In this document: in pieces, positions 1-8,710 of the stretch
Layout of the letters: the number at the start of each line of letters is the position of its first letter
Position numbering within the stretch: position 1 is the first letter of the stretch
DNA from: an archaeon
GTDB taxonomy: Archaea > Halobacteriota > Syntropharchaeia > Alkanophagales > Methanospirareceae
Direction of reading: 5' to 3'
DNA length: 33,345 nucleotides
Assembly (NCBI GenBank): GCA_030019325.1
Contig: JASEFB010000003.1
Span: 1-33,345 of the forward strand
Program-made: the position numbers and the translations under genes
The notes under the pieces: generated by a model
The model's database searches: none
Told to the model about the DNA's origin: nothing
Seen by the model: the letters and a program-made list of their open reading frames with translations, nothing else

Positions 1-1
1 C

Positions 2-130
2 CGCTACTGTTTTCTGCGAAACGCCACAGAATAGCAAGAATACAACCATCACCCATCGGATTATCCGAGATGATGGGTTCGACCCTAAAAACTCACTTGA
101 CACGTTTATAATTATCTCTTTCTGGTTCAT
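2..130 (-). CDS. 5' part of a gene running off the window edge; possible HTH-containing transposase N-terminus
   Basis: ATG at 130-128 preceded by GGAGGTGG RBS; reads MNQKEIIINVSSEFLGSNPSSRIIRWVMVVFLLFCGVSQKTVA..., ending in an HTH-like GxSQKTVA segment. Not in the ORF track (partial). Confidence 0.45.
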   Translation of the reverse strand, partial: MNQKEIIINVSSEFLGSNPSSRIIRWVMVVFLLFCGVSQKTVA

Positions 131-218
131 ACCACCTCCATTGGAAGGAAGGGCTATTTAAAAATGACGATAAATGACGGGTGGACAAAGAGTTGAATGT
201 GTACCTGCTACTCTTAAG

Positions 219-431
219 TTACTGCGCCAAAACCGGAAATGAATTTTGTCTGGGTTTCTTCAATTGCAACAATTGATGAGAAGCAAACATCTCCCTCACT
301 TTCTCACCGGATATCATCGAATAATCCCTTTCTATAAGCGCTTTTATCTCTTCTTTCATCCCCTGCTCCAATTTCCGTCTTATCATATTGAATCTCTCTT
401 CCTTATTCAATTCTGAGCCACGCATCTTCAC
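219..431 (-). pseudogene. Truncated second DUF1670-like gene (N-terminal ~50 aa only)
   Basis: GTGA overlap with the upstream DUF1670-like gene and a GGAGGT RBS; LIERDYSMISGEKVREMFA resembles DUF1670 N-termini; similarity appears to end near 280. Confidence 0.45.
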
Positions 432-1243
432 ATTACCTCCTTTACTCTGGCTCTTTCCTTGCTCAAAGTTTTTTTCCCAGAATACCTGCTGAGGATCTCC
501 CCTAGCCTCTGCTTGCAGTCCTCGTCCTCTTTATACCTTCCATATAGTTCCAGATATTCCCTCACCAATCTCTCAGAATGCTCTGTTATCCTCCTGACCT
601 GGTCGATGCTATATCCTTCATTATGAAGCGCAGCAACTCTTGAGAACTCCTTGAGATAACGAGCAATGGAGTCCGATGAATGCCTTGTATTTCGTTTTAT
701 ATCGGTGAACTCATACCCTTTCAGGTACAATTCCACTATTTTAGCTTTATGCGATGTCCCCGGACCGATATCCATTCTGTTTCCCCTGGTTGGAACGATA
801 AGGTCCTCTTCAAGCAGCTCCTTTATGCATCTTCCGATGGTCTTTATACTCTCGTTCAGGAGTATGCTGAGGTCTGCCTGTGTCAGTAGCGTTCCCTGTT
901 CAAGAGCTTCGTTCGCCAATCGGACTATCCGGTTCTTTAGCAGTTCCCTTTGTGATTTTTTCGCATCTTCCACGTCATCCTGCGAGAACATGGTTAGTTT
1001 CACTGTTTTGAAGCTCATTTCATCGGTTTTAACGCCCGGTGGGATGTTGGATCTAACTGCCCGGTAGAACAACTGCCCTTCTATCAAATCTCCTCTCGCT
1101 TCATTCACAAACACCTCGATGTCACTTGCTAAAGACCGGCAAACCGCCATTGAGAACTCATACTCAGTCTTCAGATAACCAAGCCACTCCTCTTTTAGAC
1201 CTCTCTTCACTATACCTGCATAACTCTCCCTTTCGTTGGGCAT
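428..1243 (-). CDS. DUF1670-family protein (HTH-containing, often mobile-element associated)
   Basis: Motifs RIVRLANEALEQGTLLTQADLSILL, PTRGNRMDIGPGTSHKAKIVELYLKGY, RHSSDSIARY. Start taken at ATG 1243 (MPNERES) after GGGGGA; the track's TTG at 1300 is less likely. Confidence 0.75.
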   Translation of the reverse strand: MPNERESYAGIVKRGLKEEWLGYLKTEYEFSMAVCRSLASDIEVFVNEARGDLIEGQLFYRAVRSNIPPGVKTDEMSFKTVKLTMFSQDDVEDAKKSQRELLKNRIVRLANEALEQGTLLTQADLSILLNESIKTIGRCIKELLEEDLIVPTRGNRMDIGPGTSHKAKIVELYLKGYEFTDIKRNTRHSSDSIARYLKEFSRVAALHNEGYSIDQVRRITEHSERLVREYLELYGRYKEDEDCKQRLGEILSRYSGKKTLSKERARVKEVM

Positions 1244-1331
1244 TTTGGTCCCCCTGTCGAAAATAACTATGGACTCTACCTTTTCTAACCTTATGCCCAA
1301 ATGGGAAGTTAGGAATATGAGAAATAAAAAG

Positions 1332-1742
1332 ATGAACTACCTTCTCGATACGAAGGCACTGATCGCATTCTTTAATAATGAAGACGGTGCGGATAAAGTC
1401 GAGGTGATTCTAAAAGAGATCGATGAAACCAGAGCGGATGGATTTATAAGTGCTATTACGATTACGGAACTCTACTATCTCTATTCGAAGCGTGTAGGAG
1501 AACGAGTTGCGAAGGAACGGGTAGAGCAGCTAAGGCGCTCGAATTTACAGGTAGTTCCGATAAACGAGGATATAGCGATGAAGGCGGGGGAATACAAAAT
1601 TCAGGCAATTCCAATAGCTGATGCGTTGATCGCGGCAAGCGCATATTTCATTGATGCACCGGTGGTAACCGATGATGAGCATTTTGAAAAGGTGAATGTA
1701 CAGGTTCTGAGATTTCGAGGGCATGGCTCGAAGAAAGAATAA
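1332..1742 (+). CDS. vapC: PIN-domain (VapC-like) ribonuclease toxin
   Basis: MNYLLDT...ITELYY...IADALIAASA...VVTDDEHF has the PIN acidic residues; start moved to ATG 1332. Confidence 0.85.
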   Translation: MNYLLDTKALIAFFNNEDGADKVEVILKEIDETRADGFISAITITELYYLYSKRVGERVAKERVEQLRRSNLQVVPINEDIAMKAGEYKIQAIPIADALIAASAYFIDAPVVTDDEHFEKVNVQVLRFRGHGSKKE

Positions 1743-1776
1743 CCGCTGAACTTTTTACAATAACTACGTTATTATA

Positions 1777-2829
1777 TCAAATCAGTCCAAGCAAGTGCTT
1801 ATTACCGATGTTCACATTGTTCAGGTGTCTTTTCGCCGCTTCATAGCATTGGTACGCCTGCTCTCTCGGCGTGATTGGCATATCGCGCATATAGAAATCG
1901 GGATGGAATACAAGGAGTGAATAGGGTATATCAGGATTAATGTTCGCGATAAAGGAAGCGATGTGTTCCACCTCTTGCTCGTCTATGTAGAATGGCACGA
2001 GCAACGTCGTAGCGGTGAGAACAGGTGGAGCTGACTGTTCAAAGAATTCAGTTGCTATCAGCTCGAAGTTTTCGTACGCCCGCTCATTAGGAACACCACT
2101 CAGTGCTCTACTCAGGTTTGGGTCAAATGCCTTGAGGTCGAATTTTACAATTCCACCGCTTTTGAACGATAGTTCCGCTGCACGCCTCACCAGACTCCTG
2201 TTGCCACAGCCGTTCCATTCCCAACATATCCTGAGGTTTTTATCTGCTAAAATCGCCTCTGAAGCACGCAGAGCAAAAGGGAGCTGTGGTTCTGGACTTC
2301 CACCAAAGTAGCAGACGCAATACGCATTTCCGCGCTGTTTCACGCGTGAAACAAATTCTGTTACGCTTACCGGCTTGATCATCCTGAACTCCTTATGCGA
2401 TGCATTTTGACAGAAGATGCAATCAAAGTTGCAGCTATAGAAGAATACCGCGATGTTTACCTTTGCGTAGTGCGCAGAGCCTGGACAGAACCATGCAGCA
2501 CAACAGTTTGTTGGTAAAGGGTCAATATAGGCATAGAGTAATGCATGGCCGTCGGGTATTAAAGACTTTAACTGCCCGTTGACGTTCTCTTTCAGCCCGC
2601 AGTAGCTTCTCTCTCCTTCAGCAATAACACACCCATTCGAGCACAGGTTACATGGTATCCCGCCGTCACTCTTTGGCGGTTCTACAGGTAAACCGTATTT
2701 CGCTCTTATCTGTTTATGCGCAGCCAACGCATAATCCAGTGCATCCTCTCTGTCACTCCGTATGCAGTCAACACAGACTTGCAACGTTGCTGATGCAGTT
2801 TCCTTACCGCAGAGCACACAGTCTTCCAT
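1777..2829 (-). CDS. Radical SAM protein, PFL-activating-enzyme-like, with Cys-rich N-terminus
   Basis: CNFDCIFC CxxxCxxC motif followed by QN; YFGGSPEP; KFDLKA; extra N-terminal CxxC pairs. Confidence 0.85.
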   Translation of the reverse strand: MEDCVLCGKETASATLQVCVDCIRSDREDALDYALAAHKQIRAKYGLPVEPPKSDGGIPCNLCSNGCVIAEGERSYCGLKENVNGQLKSLIPDGHALLYAYIDPLPTNCCAAWFCPGSAHYAKVNIAVFFYSCNFDCIFCQNASHKEFRMIKPVSVTEFVSRVKQRGNAYCVCYFGGSPEPQLPFALRASEAILADKNLRICWEWNGCGNRSLVRRAAELSFKSGGIVKFDLKAFDPNLSRALSGVPNERAYENFELIATEFFEQSAPPVLTATTLLVPFYIDEQEVEHIASFIANINPDIPYSLLVFHPDFYMRDMPITPREQAYQCYEAAKRHLNNVNIGNKHLLGLI

Positions 2830-3020
2830 TGATTAATCTTAGTTGTTTTGCCAGAATAAAATTCATATTATCTATCCCGTTTTCTCGCAGTTTTCGCTCA
2901 TTTCACTCAAATGCCAGATTTTTCCGCATGTGATGAGAATAATAAAGCTTTTAAGAGTATACTGACATTCTAATTAAAGCCTGAATTTCTGAGAAGAAAG
3001 AGGAGGTGAGATAAAAAGAA

Positions 3021-3800
3021 ATGAACCGTAAAAATACACAAATAGTCGCGCTATTGATTGGTGCGATAATACTTCTGATACCTTCTGTCTGTACAGCCGT
3101 GTGCCCTGAGGGATGCACCTGTTTGACTGAAGCAGAAGCAAATAAGCTCGGCTATACACTCTGTGAAGGCATAAAGAAAATCTGTGGCTATGACCAGTAT
3201 CAGAACCCCATGTACTGCTATCAGAAACCCACCGTCACGCCTATTCCTACTCCCGTATGTCCGGAGGAATGCACCTGTTTAACCGTTGAAGAAGCGAATA
3301 AACTCGGCTTTGCTCCGTGCAAAGGGGAGAAGATATTCTGTGGGTATGATCAATATCAGAAGCCCATGTATTGCTATGAGAAACCGGCTCCAGCTGCAAA
3401 GGCTCTTCCTTTAGAGAGCCTTTCAGTTGAAATTGTCCCAGAAAACGTAACTGCAAAACCGGGAGATACCGTGACTTACAAGATAAAAGTCGAATGGATC
3501 CCCGAGACTTGGGAAGGAACCATGGATATTAATATAACAATCAATGCATTTGGCTTCGAAAAGACCTTTGAATATCCTTCAATCCCCGTAACAGACGTAC
3601 CACCACTTGTACAAGAAATTCCGATTACCATTCCTGATAATGCCCCGCCTTCGGTCTACAAAGCCAAAGTAATCGTAAAAGCGGGCGATAAAACAGCTAC
3701 AGACGAGACGAGTTTGACCTTAAAAGTGCCGGGATTCGAAGCGGTATTCGCGTTCGCCGGATTGCTAGCAGTCGCTTACTTAGTGCGGAAAAGAAGATAA
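3021..3800 (+). CDS. Secreted cell-surface protein with two Cys-rich repeats, a beta-rich domain and a PGF-CTERM anchor
   Basis: N-terminal signal peptide; C-terminal VPGFEAVFAFAGLLAVAYLVRKRR is a canonical PGF-CTERM (archaeosortase substrate). Confidence 0.85.
   Translation: MNRKNTQIVALLIGAIILLIPSVCTAVCPEGCTCLTEAEANKLGYTLCEGIKKICGYDQYQNPMYCYQKPTVTPIPTPVCPEECTCLTVEEANKLGFAPCKGEKIFCGYDQYQKPMYCYEKPAPAAKALPLESLSVEIVPENVTAKPGDTVTYKIKVEWIPETWEGTMDINITINAFGFEKTFEYPSIPVTDVPPLVQEIPITIPDNAPPSVYKAKVIVKAGDKTATDETSLTLKVPGFEAVFAFAGLLAVAYLVRKRR
3099..3386 (+). repeat. Two 44-aa six-cysteine repeats within the PGF-CTERM protein
   Basis: VCPEGCTCLTEAEANKLGYTLCEGIKKICGYDQYQNPMYCYQKP (3099-3230) versus VCPEECTCLTVEEANKLGFAPCKGEKIFCGYDQYQKPMYCYEKP (3255-3386). 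Confidence 0.9.
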
Positions 3801-3810
3801 AACACCGTAA

Positions 3811-3835
3811 TTTCTTTTTTCTTTTTTTCTTTTTT
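3811..3835 (+). terminator. Oligo-T tract, probable archaeal terminator
   Basis: TTTCTTTTTTCTTTTTTTCTTTTTT 10 nt after the stop of 3021..3800. Confidence 0.6.
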
Positions 3836-3888
3836 GGCTCTTTAACTGTAAAGACGAAAGGAATTATTCGGATAAGGCGTATTTTAGG

Positions 3889-5244
3889 TTATCGTACCGC
3901 CAATCCATATTTTTCCGCTATCTCTATGAACGCCTCACTGAGATACTTTATTCTGGCCCAGCTCAACCCGTACGTATTGAACTTCCACACCCGTGTTGAA
4001 CCTGCAAATTCGCCTACAATCTTCTTTTTCTTCAATTCATCACTGAGAAAGAACCCTCTTCGCTTATGCGTCTTCGCAACACGGTCAAAGCTCTCACGGG
4101 TATTAACCTTTGAAAGTGTATGTTTACGTGGATATTCACTTGCGATTTTATTCCCTTCGATGCGCAAGAACTCGCGGATGAAGTAATTTGATTTCTTCAC
4201 CTCCTCATCCCATCGCTTAACACGTTCTTTCACCTTCGGGAACGAAGCCATCATGGAGAGCACCGTTCCGCCCATCAGCGTGCACCCCAGCAGCACCGGC
4301 TCTTTATTCTCAAAGCTCCTGCCGGAAATATCGCCTACAATATGACTACTTCTGAACACTTTGGGTGCCCATTCGTCCGTCGTGGCAAGGACGCCAGAAG
4401 GTGCAACTGCAGCCATACTCTTGTGTCCCGAACCTACAACGAAATCAGCTCCTATCTTCTTACCATTCACCGGCATCACCCCCACGGAATACGCGCCATT
4501 GTAAAGAAAAGGAATGCCGTACTCTTTCGCAACCTTTCCCACGCCCTCTACCTCATGCTCGTTCCCGTAACTGTAATCAAAATGCTCGATCATAACGAGT
4601 TTTGGCAGTTTTCCCGTTTCCTCCTTCACCTGTTCTATGGTATTCGCAACTGCATCACCGGTAATTATATGCTTCGGCCCTGAAGGCACTTCTTTAATCA
4701 CGCCGCCTGCGATTTCTACCGCTAAGAATTCGGTATAATGTGCCAAATCGGAAACGATCACGATATCGCCTTTCTCGAGGAGCGAGGAAGTAACAGCCTG
4801 AAAACCTCGTCTCGCACCAGGCACAACCCGTGCTTCGTCCATGCCCACAAACTCGGCTAATTCCGCATGAAATTCATCCACCGGCGGTTTTTTAATCTTG
4901 TCGAGCCTGCCCTCCAGACACTGATCGCAGACTGAATAGCCATCCCCGTATGCAATCAGTGCTCTTCTCGCCTCGGGCGTTAATCTTCCCCCAGGTTGGA
5001 TAGGATTGATATTTATAAATTCCTCCTCTCTCGTCCTTAATTCAAGCCCCGCACTAACATCTTGTATGGGATTACCTTTACCTTCTTTTAATTCGCGTAT
5101 GAGCGCCTCTACGCGAGCTATGCCGTTCAAAAATTGCGCTTCTTCCTGTTCATCAAGTCCGGTGGGTAATGCGTGCCGGTAAAGCTCCCGCAAGTCTTCA
5201 AGGGCGAATAACGCTTCATAGATCTTACGTACTCTTAGGTTCAT
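3889..5244 (-). CDS. pscS: Sep-tRNA:Cys-tRNA synthase (SepCysS) with ~65-aa N-terminal extension
   Basis: INPIQPGGRLT, GDGYSVCDQC (Cys pair), PLP lysine in GSGHKS, LLGCT. Confidence 0.92.
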   Translation of the reverse strand: MNLRVRKIYEALFALEDLRELYRHALPTGLDEQEEAQFLNGIARVEALIRELKEGKGNPIQDVSAGLELRTREEEFININPIQPGGRLTPEARRALIAYGDGYSVCDQCLEGRLDKIKKPPVDEFHAELAEFVGMDEARVVPGARRGFQAVTSSLLEKGDIVIVSDLAHYTEFLAVEIAGGVIKEVPSGPKHIITGDAVANTIEQVKEETGKLPKLVMIEHFDYSYGNEHEVEGVGKVAKEYGIPFLYNGAYSVGVMPVNGKKIGADFVVGSGHKSMAAVAPSGVLATTDEWAPKVFRSSHIVGDISGRSFENKEPVLLGCTLMGGTVLSMMASFPKVKERVKRWDEEVKKSNYFIREFLRIEGNKIASEYPRKHTLSKVNTRESFDRVAKTHKRRGFFLSDELKKKKIVGEFAGSTRVWKFNTYGLSWARIKYLSEAFIEIAEKYGLAVR

Positions 5245-5434
5245 TTTTACATATCTCCATTCCCAAGACTTCTTTCAGCCCTTTGCAAATCCTTACATAA
5301 TACGGCGGATCGGTGAAGACCGCATAAAAGTAATTGTCAGGATAAGGTAGATTTGTTGCACTCGCTTGAAAGGCCTGTAAAGGTAGATTTGTTGTACTCG
5401 CTTGAAAGGCCTGTAGTATGTTATGGTTTTTCAT
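5225..5434 (-). pseudogene. Fragment of an adenine DNA methyltransferase (DUF1156-type)
   Basis: QASATNLPYPDNYFYAVFTDPPYY contains the DPPY catalytic motif; only 69 aa; overlaps the pscS start. Confidence 0.65.
5344..5415. repeat. 36-bp tandem duplication (2 copies, 1 mismatch)
   Basis: AAGGTAGATTTGTTG(C/T)ACTCGCTTGAAAGGCCTGTA at 5344-5379 and 5380-5415. Confidence 0.95.
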
Positions 5435-5436
5435 TT

Positions 5437-5787
5437 TTACCCTCCTTTTTCAAGTTCTGCAAGGATTTCTCGTAATTTGGGTATCAGCTCAGGTATCTCA
5501 AGTTTTATAGCATCCCATACCAATTTGTAATCTATTCCAAAATAAGCGTGGATTAACCGATCTCTCATGCCCGCCATTCTCTTCCAGGTGATTTCAGGGT
5601 GTTTTTCTTTTAAGCCCTCAGGAATGTGTTTTGTCGCTTCCCCTATAATCTCAAACTTTCTAATCACAGCACTTGAAGTTCTATCATCTTGCGTAAGCTC
5701 TTTAAGGCTCATACCTTCTACAAACCTTTCTATAGATTCCATAGCGAGGATTATGTCTTTTAAAAAGAGTTTGTAATCTCTCTTCAT
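5437..5787 (-). CDS. hepT: HepT-like / DUF86 HEPN ribonuclease toxin
   Basis: RKFEIIGEATK, WKRMAGMRDRLIHAYFGID (Rx4HxY); overlaps the upstream MNT gene by 4 nt. Confidence 0.9.
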   Translation of the reverse strand: MKRDYKLFLKDIILAMESIERFVEGMSLKELTQDDRTSSAVIRKFEIIGEATKHIPEGLKEKHPEITWKRMAGMRDRLIHAYFGIDYKLVWDAIKLEIPELIPKLREILAELEKGG

Positions 5788-6080
5788 ACCATCACCACCT
5801 CCTTGAGTATCTGTTCCTTCAGCTCCTCTCTTATTGCCCTCTCGGAAACGATATCCACTTTCACATCGAGTTTTTCTTCAAGGAAGTCTGCAAGACCAAC
5901 CAAATCAAACAATGTAGCCCCCTCGTGAAAGTTTACAAGAATGTCCACATCGCTACTTACTTTCTGCTCCCCTCGAACATAAGAACCAAATACGCCCATG
6001 ATCTCCGCCTTATAGTCCTTTTTTATCTGCTCTTCTAAACTTTGGAGAATTGTTATGATTCGCTCAAGTTCTTTATTCAT
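5784..6080 (-). CDS. mntA: Minimal nucleotidyltransferase (MntA-like antitoxin)
   Basis: FGSYVRGEQKVSSDVDILV (GSx10DxD); start moved to ATG 6080 (MNKELER). Confidence 0.88.
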   Translation of the reverse strand: MNKELERIITILQSLEEQIKKDYKAEIMGVFGSYVRGEQKVSSDVDILVNFHEGATLFDLVGLADFLEEKLDVKVDIVSERAIREELKEQILKEVVMV

Positions 6081-6318
6081 GCCTACCATCTCCCTTTTCT
6101 TTATCATTCGATAAGTGGGTGGTAGAGGATTTAGTGATAGCTGCAGGGATTGGACTCTCAAAGGCATGTAAAATCCACCTGTCTTTGTCGGACAAGCCCC
6201 ATGCATAAGAGCCATACAAAATTATTTTCTCCGGGTTATAACGTTCTTTTAACTTATCAGCGATAAGGGGAATTGTTTCTCTTGCTTTTTCCATTGTTTC
6301 TTTAGTTTCTTCTTTCAT
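6073..6318 (-). pseudogene. Truncated MNT N-terminus joined to unrelated sequence
   Basis: IADKLKERYNPEKIILYGSYAWGLSDKD breaks before the DxD motif; near-identical to the MNT domain at 10071-10169. Confidence 0.7.
6181..6279. repeat. ~100-bp direct repeat, copy 1 (MNT N-terminal coding sequence)
   Basis: Matches 10071-10169 with 7 mismatches in 99 bp by manual alignment. Confidence 0.92.
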
Positions 6319-6322
6319 TTCC

Positions 6323-6532
6323 TTACGCTGGAACTCTCCATCCAATTCTAACGCCCTCTTTTAGTATCGGTCGGATGTCATACCTTTTAAATATGCCTCG
6401 ATCCAGAACTTCTTTTCCATAAATAACCGTTCCATCCGCAAGAATATCTAAATTGAAATCATCCTTTACGGTGTTTTTTATTATCTCAATTATTTTCGTG
6501 ATTATTTTTTGATGCGATTCAATTAATGCCAT
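6323..6532 (-). pseudogene. Small ORF, probable internally deleted nucleotidyltransferase
   Basis: IITKIIEIIK N-terminus and FNLDILADGTVIYG resemble the ends of an MNT, but the catalytic GS..DxD core is absent. Confidence 0.4.
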
Positions 6533-6602
6533 TTTTATCCTTCCCTATTACTTTTATCAAATTGCTTTCTCGTTTTTTTCGCTCCCTTCAATTTGAACGG
6601 TA

Positions 6603-7706
6603 TTAAAGGAAAGTAATTTGGGACTCATCCCGTAACCCACCACGTGGTCCTTTACCACTAGTCGAAATTTTACCTTCTTCTTCCAATTCTAATAATGCTT
6701 TACGATAATCCTTTTTGCTAAAATCCGTATCCATAAGGGTTTTGTATCTAACATTTTGATAAGATAATGTTCTGCCATTAAATCGAACTAACAAAAATTC
6801 TTTAAATTTTGATAACCCACCATATCGCGTTAGACTCATTTGTCCTTCTGCGGGACCTAAATATCCAAATCTACCCTCAGTTCCTGTTTTATACATTATC
6901 TCTTTCATTAACTCGCATCCCATTGGATGATTAGTGGCATGGATAAGATAATATATAGTTTGTAATTTTTCATCTGCATTCACTTTAAAAGGAAATGTAT
7001 ATTTTACATTTGCAGCCTCATGGAGCAGATTTCTATATAATTTCAGTAACGCTTGTTCTATTGGTAAATCTTGATATTCTATATTTAATATCCCTCGAAC
7101 ATCTGGCATACCATATAACTCTTCTATACTTCTTCGATGCTTAGAACTTTTCAAAAATCTGATAACTTCGCGAATCATAAAAGTAATGAACACTTCTGTT
7201 CTCTGAATCATGAGGATGTCTTTAATTACTCCAAATGGAACACCACTTAAACCAAATGGATCAATAAAAAAGAAAGAGGGCGCTAAGCGGTCACCAACTT
7301 TCTCTACAATTTCAGATGCCACATTACCGAATTCGTCATTAATAAGCACAATATTATCTTTTATCCCCTCATATTTTTTTGGATATGCTTTGATTTCCTC
7401 GTTAACCTCATTTTCAAGACTTTCAAAGTTGTTTGTATTGTTTCCAATGAAGAAACAGGTAATTTCTCTAAGATATGAAAATTTTTCTTTCGCTCTACTT
7501 GCAGTTTCTAATGCTATTAAAGGCGATCCTTTTGATCCATCACTATACTTGCCTCGACCGGCAAAGCAATCAAAGTAGCAGATGCGAAGATGCCTCTTTC
7601 CAAGGATTCTGATCCAACCACTGAGATATTTGCTTAATATCTCATGCTTTACTTTCGTATGCTCTTTATACTCCCACTTTTCCAGTGAATCGTCAGGCAG
7701 TGGCAT
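6603..7706 (-). CDS. tcmP: TcmP-like (three-Cys-motif partner) protein, SAM-binding methyltransferase-like fold with probable C-terminal winged helix
   Basis: WEYKEHTKVKHEILSKYL..W, YFDCFAGRGKY, GSPLIAL, FFFIDPFG, YYLIHATNHPMGCELMK. Confidence 0.8.
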   Translation of the reverse strand: MPLPDDSLEKWEYKEHTKVKHEILSKYLSGWIRILGKRHLRICYFDCFAGRGKYSDGSKGSPLIALETASRAKEKFSYLREITCFFIGNNTNNFESLENEVNEEIKAYPKKYEGIKDNIVLINDEFGNVASEIVEKVGDRLAPSFFFIDPFGLSGVPFGVIKDILMIQRTEVFITFMIREVIRFLKSSKHRRSIEELYGMPDVRGILNIEYQDLPIEQALLKLYRNLLHEAANVKYTFPFKVNADEKLQTIYYLIHATNHPMGCELMKEIMYKTGTEGRFGYLGPAEGQMSLTRYGGLSKFKEFLLVRFNGRTLSYQNVRYKTLMDTDFSKKDYRKALLELEEEGKISTSGKGPRGGLRDESQITFL

Positions 7707-7712
7707 TTTTTA

Positions 7713-8687
7713 TCACACACAATTACATTTAATCTTTCTATAATCCATCCCTAACGCTTCCCACATCTCCTTTGTTTCTTTACACAATGCAACATTGTCA
7801 TAATTATATTTCTCTTCGAGATAATTTATCACAGAATAATACATAGAATATCTAAGACTATTTTTTATTTTCTTACCCCAGTTTGATCGTTCTTCTAAAT
7901 ATTTCACCCAGGATGTATCGGTAGCACCATTAATAGTGCTTTGCAATCCCCGCAACGAGCCTATTGTTATTCGTTCAGGTGTGAATCTTGAGAAAATCTG
8001 ATCAACGAGCTCTTTATACTCATCTTCCCATTGTGATTCCGGAAATGGAATCATAGGGTCTATTCTTACCCTCGTTTCATAACCTGCATCGCTAACTTCT
8101 TTCGCCGCTTCTATCCTCCTTGCAACTGGTGCCGCTCCTATCTCCCATCTTTCAGCGTTTTCCGGCGTATTCAAACTGAAACTTATTATTGCATGGTCAT
8201 GTTTCTCTATTTCCAAAAGGTGTTTTACTTTGTCAGATTTTGTCAGAAACAGAACTTTGTGCCTGTCTTGGATCTCAAACAGAGGGATTAAAAACTTCGA
8301 GAAAGGTTCTTTTCCGTTTTCATCCATAAGAGAATCAGCAATCTCGCCAGTGTTGAGAATCTCTTTTGGATATGTTGCGAAAAATGTCTCTATATGTAGT
8401 TTAACTTTCTCCCTATCTTTAAAAACGGGTTTAGTCTTCGTTTCGAGAAATCTAAACGTTCCTTTTAAATAGCACCAAGCGCAATTAAAAGGACAGCCAT
8501 AGGCCCATTTCAATTCGAGAAAATGGGGGCATATAACATCTGTTGGTTTAGCTGGTAGAGGGGTTTTCTCAAACCGTTTTATGATTGAACCGTCCGCTAC
8601 CTGTTGAACCAAGCGTTGTTTACTTCCATCTAACAGTTCGTATTCATTTGTAAAGATATTCACTCTTGGATTGTATTCTGTGTTCAT
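7713..8687 (-). CDS. Spore-photoproduct-lyase-like radical SAM protein
   Basis: YGCPFNCAWCYL; TGEIADSL; FLTKS; SFSLN; RIEAA..GY..RVRIDPMI; ALCKE. Confidence 0.8.
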   Translation of the reverse strand: MNTEYNPRVNIFTNEYELLDGSKQRLVQQVADGSIIKRFEKTPLPAKPTDVICPHFLELKWAYGCPFNCAWCYLKGTFRFLETKTKPVFKDREKVKLHIETFFATYPKEILNTGEIADSLMDENGKEPFSKFLIPLFEIQDRHKVLFLTKSDKVKHLLEIEKHDHAIISFSLNTPENAERWEIGAAPVARRIEAAKEVSDAGYETRVRIDPMIPFPESQWEDEYKELVDQIFSRFTPERITIGSLRGLQSTINGATDTSWVKYLEERSNWGKKIKNSLRYSMYYSVINYLEEKYNYDNVALCKETKEMWEALGMDYRKIKCNCV

Positions 8688-8710
8688 CTTCGAGCCTTCT
8701 ATTAATTCTT

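Noticed and set aside
1244-1300. IVIFDRG upstream extension of the DUF1670 ORF as a DDE motif
   Set aside because: It lies before the more plausible ATG at 1243 and has no accompanying transposase context.
5344-5415. 36-bp repeats as a CRISPR array
   Set aside because: The two copies are directly adjacent with no spacer and encode a duplicated peptide; no cas genes are present.
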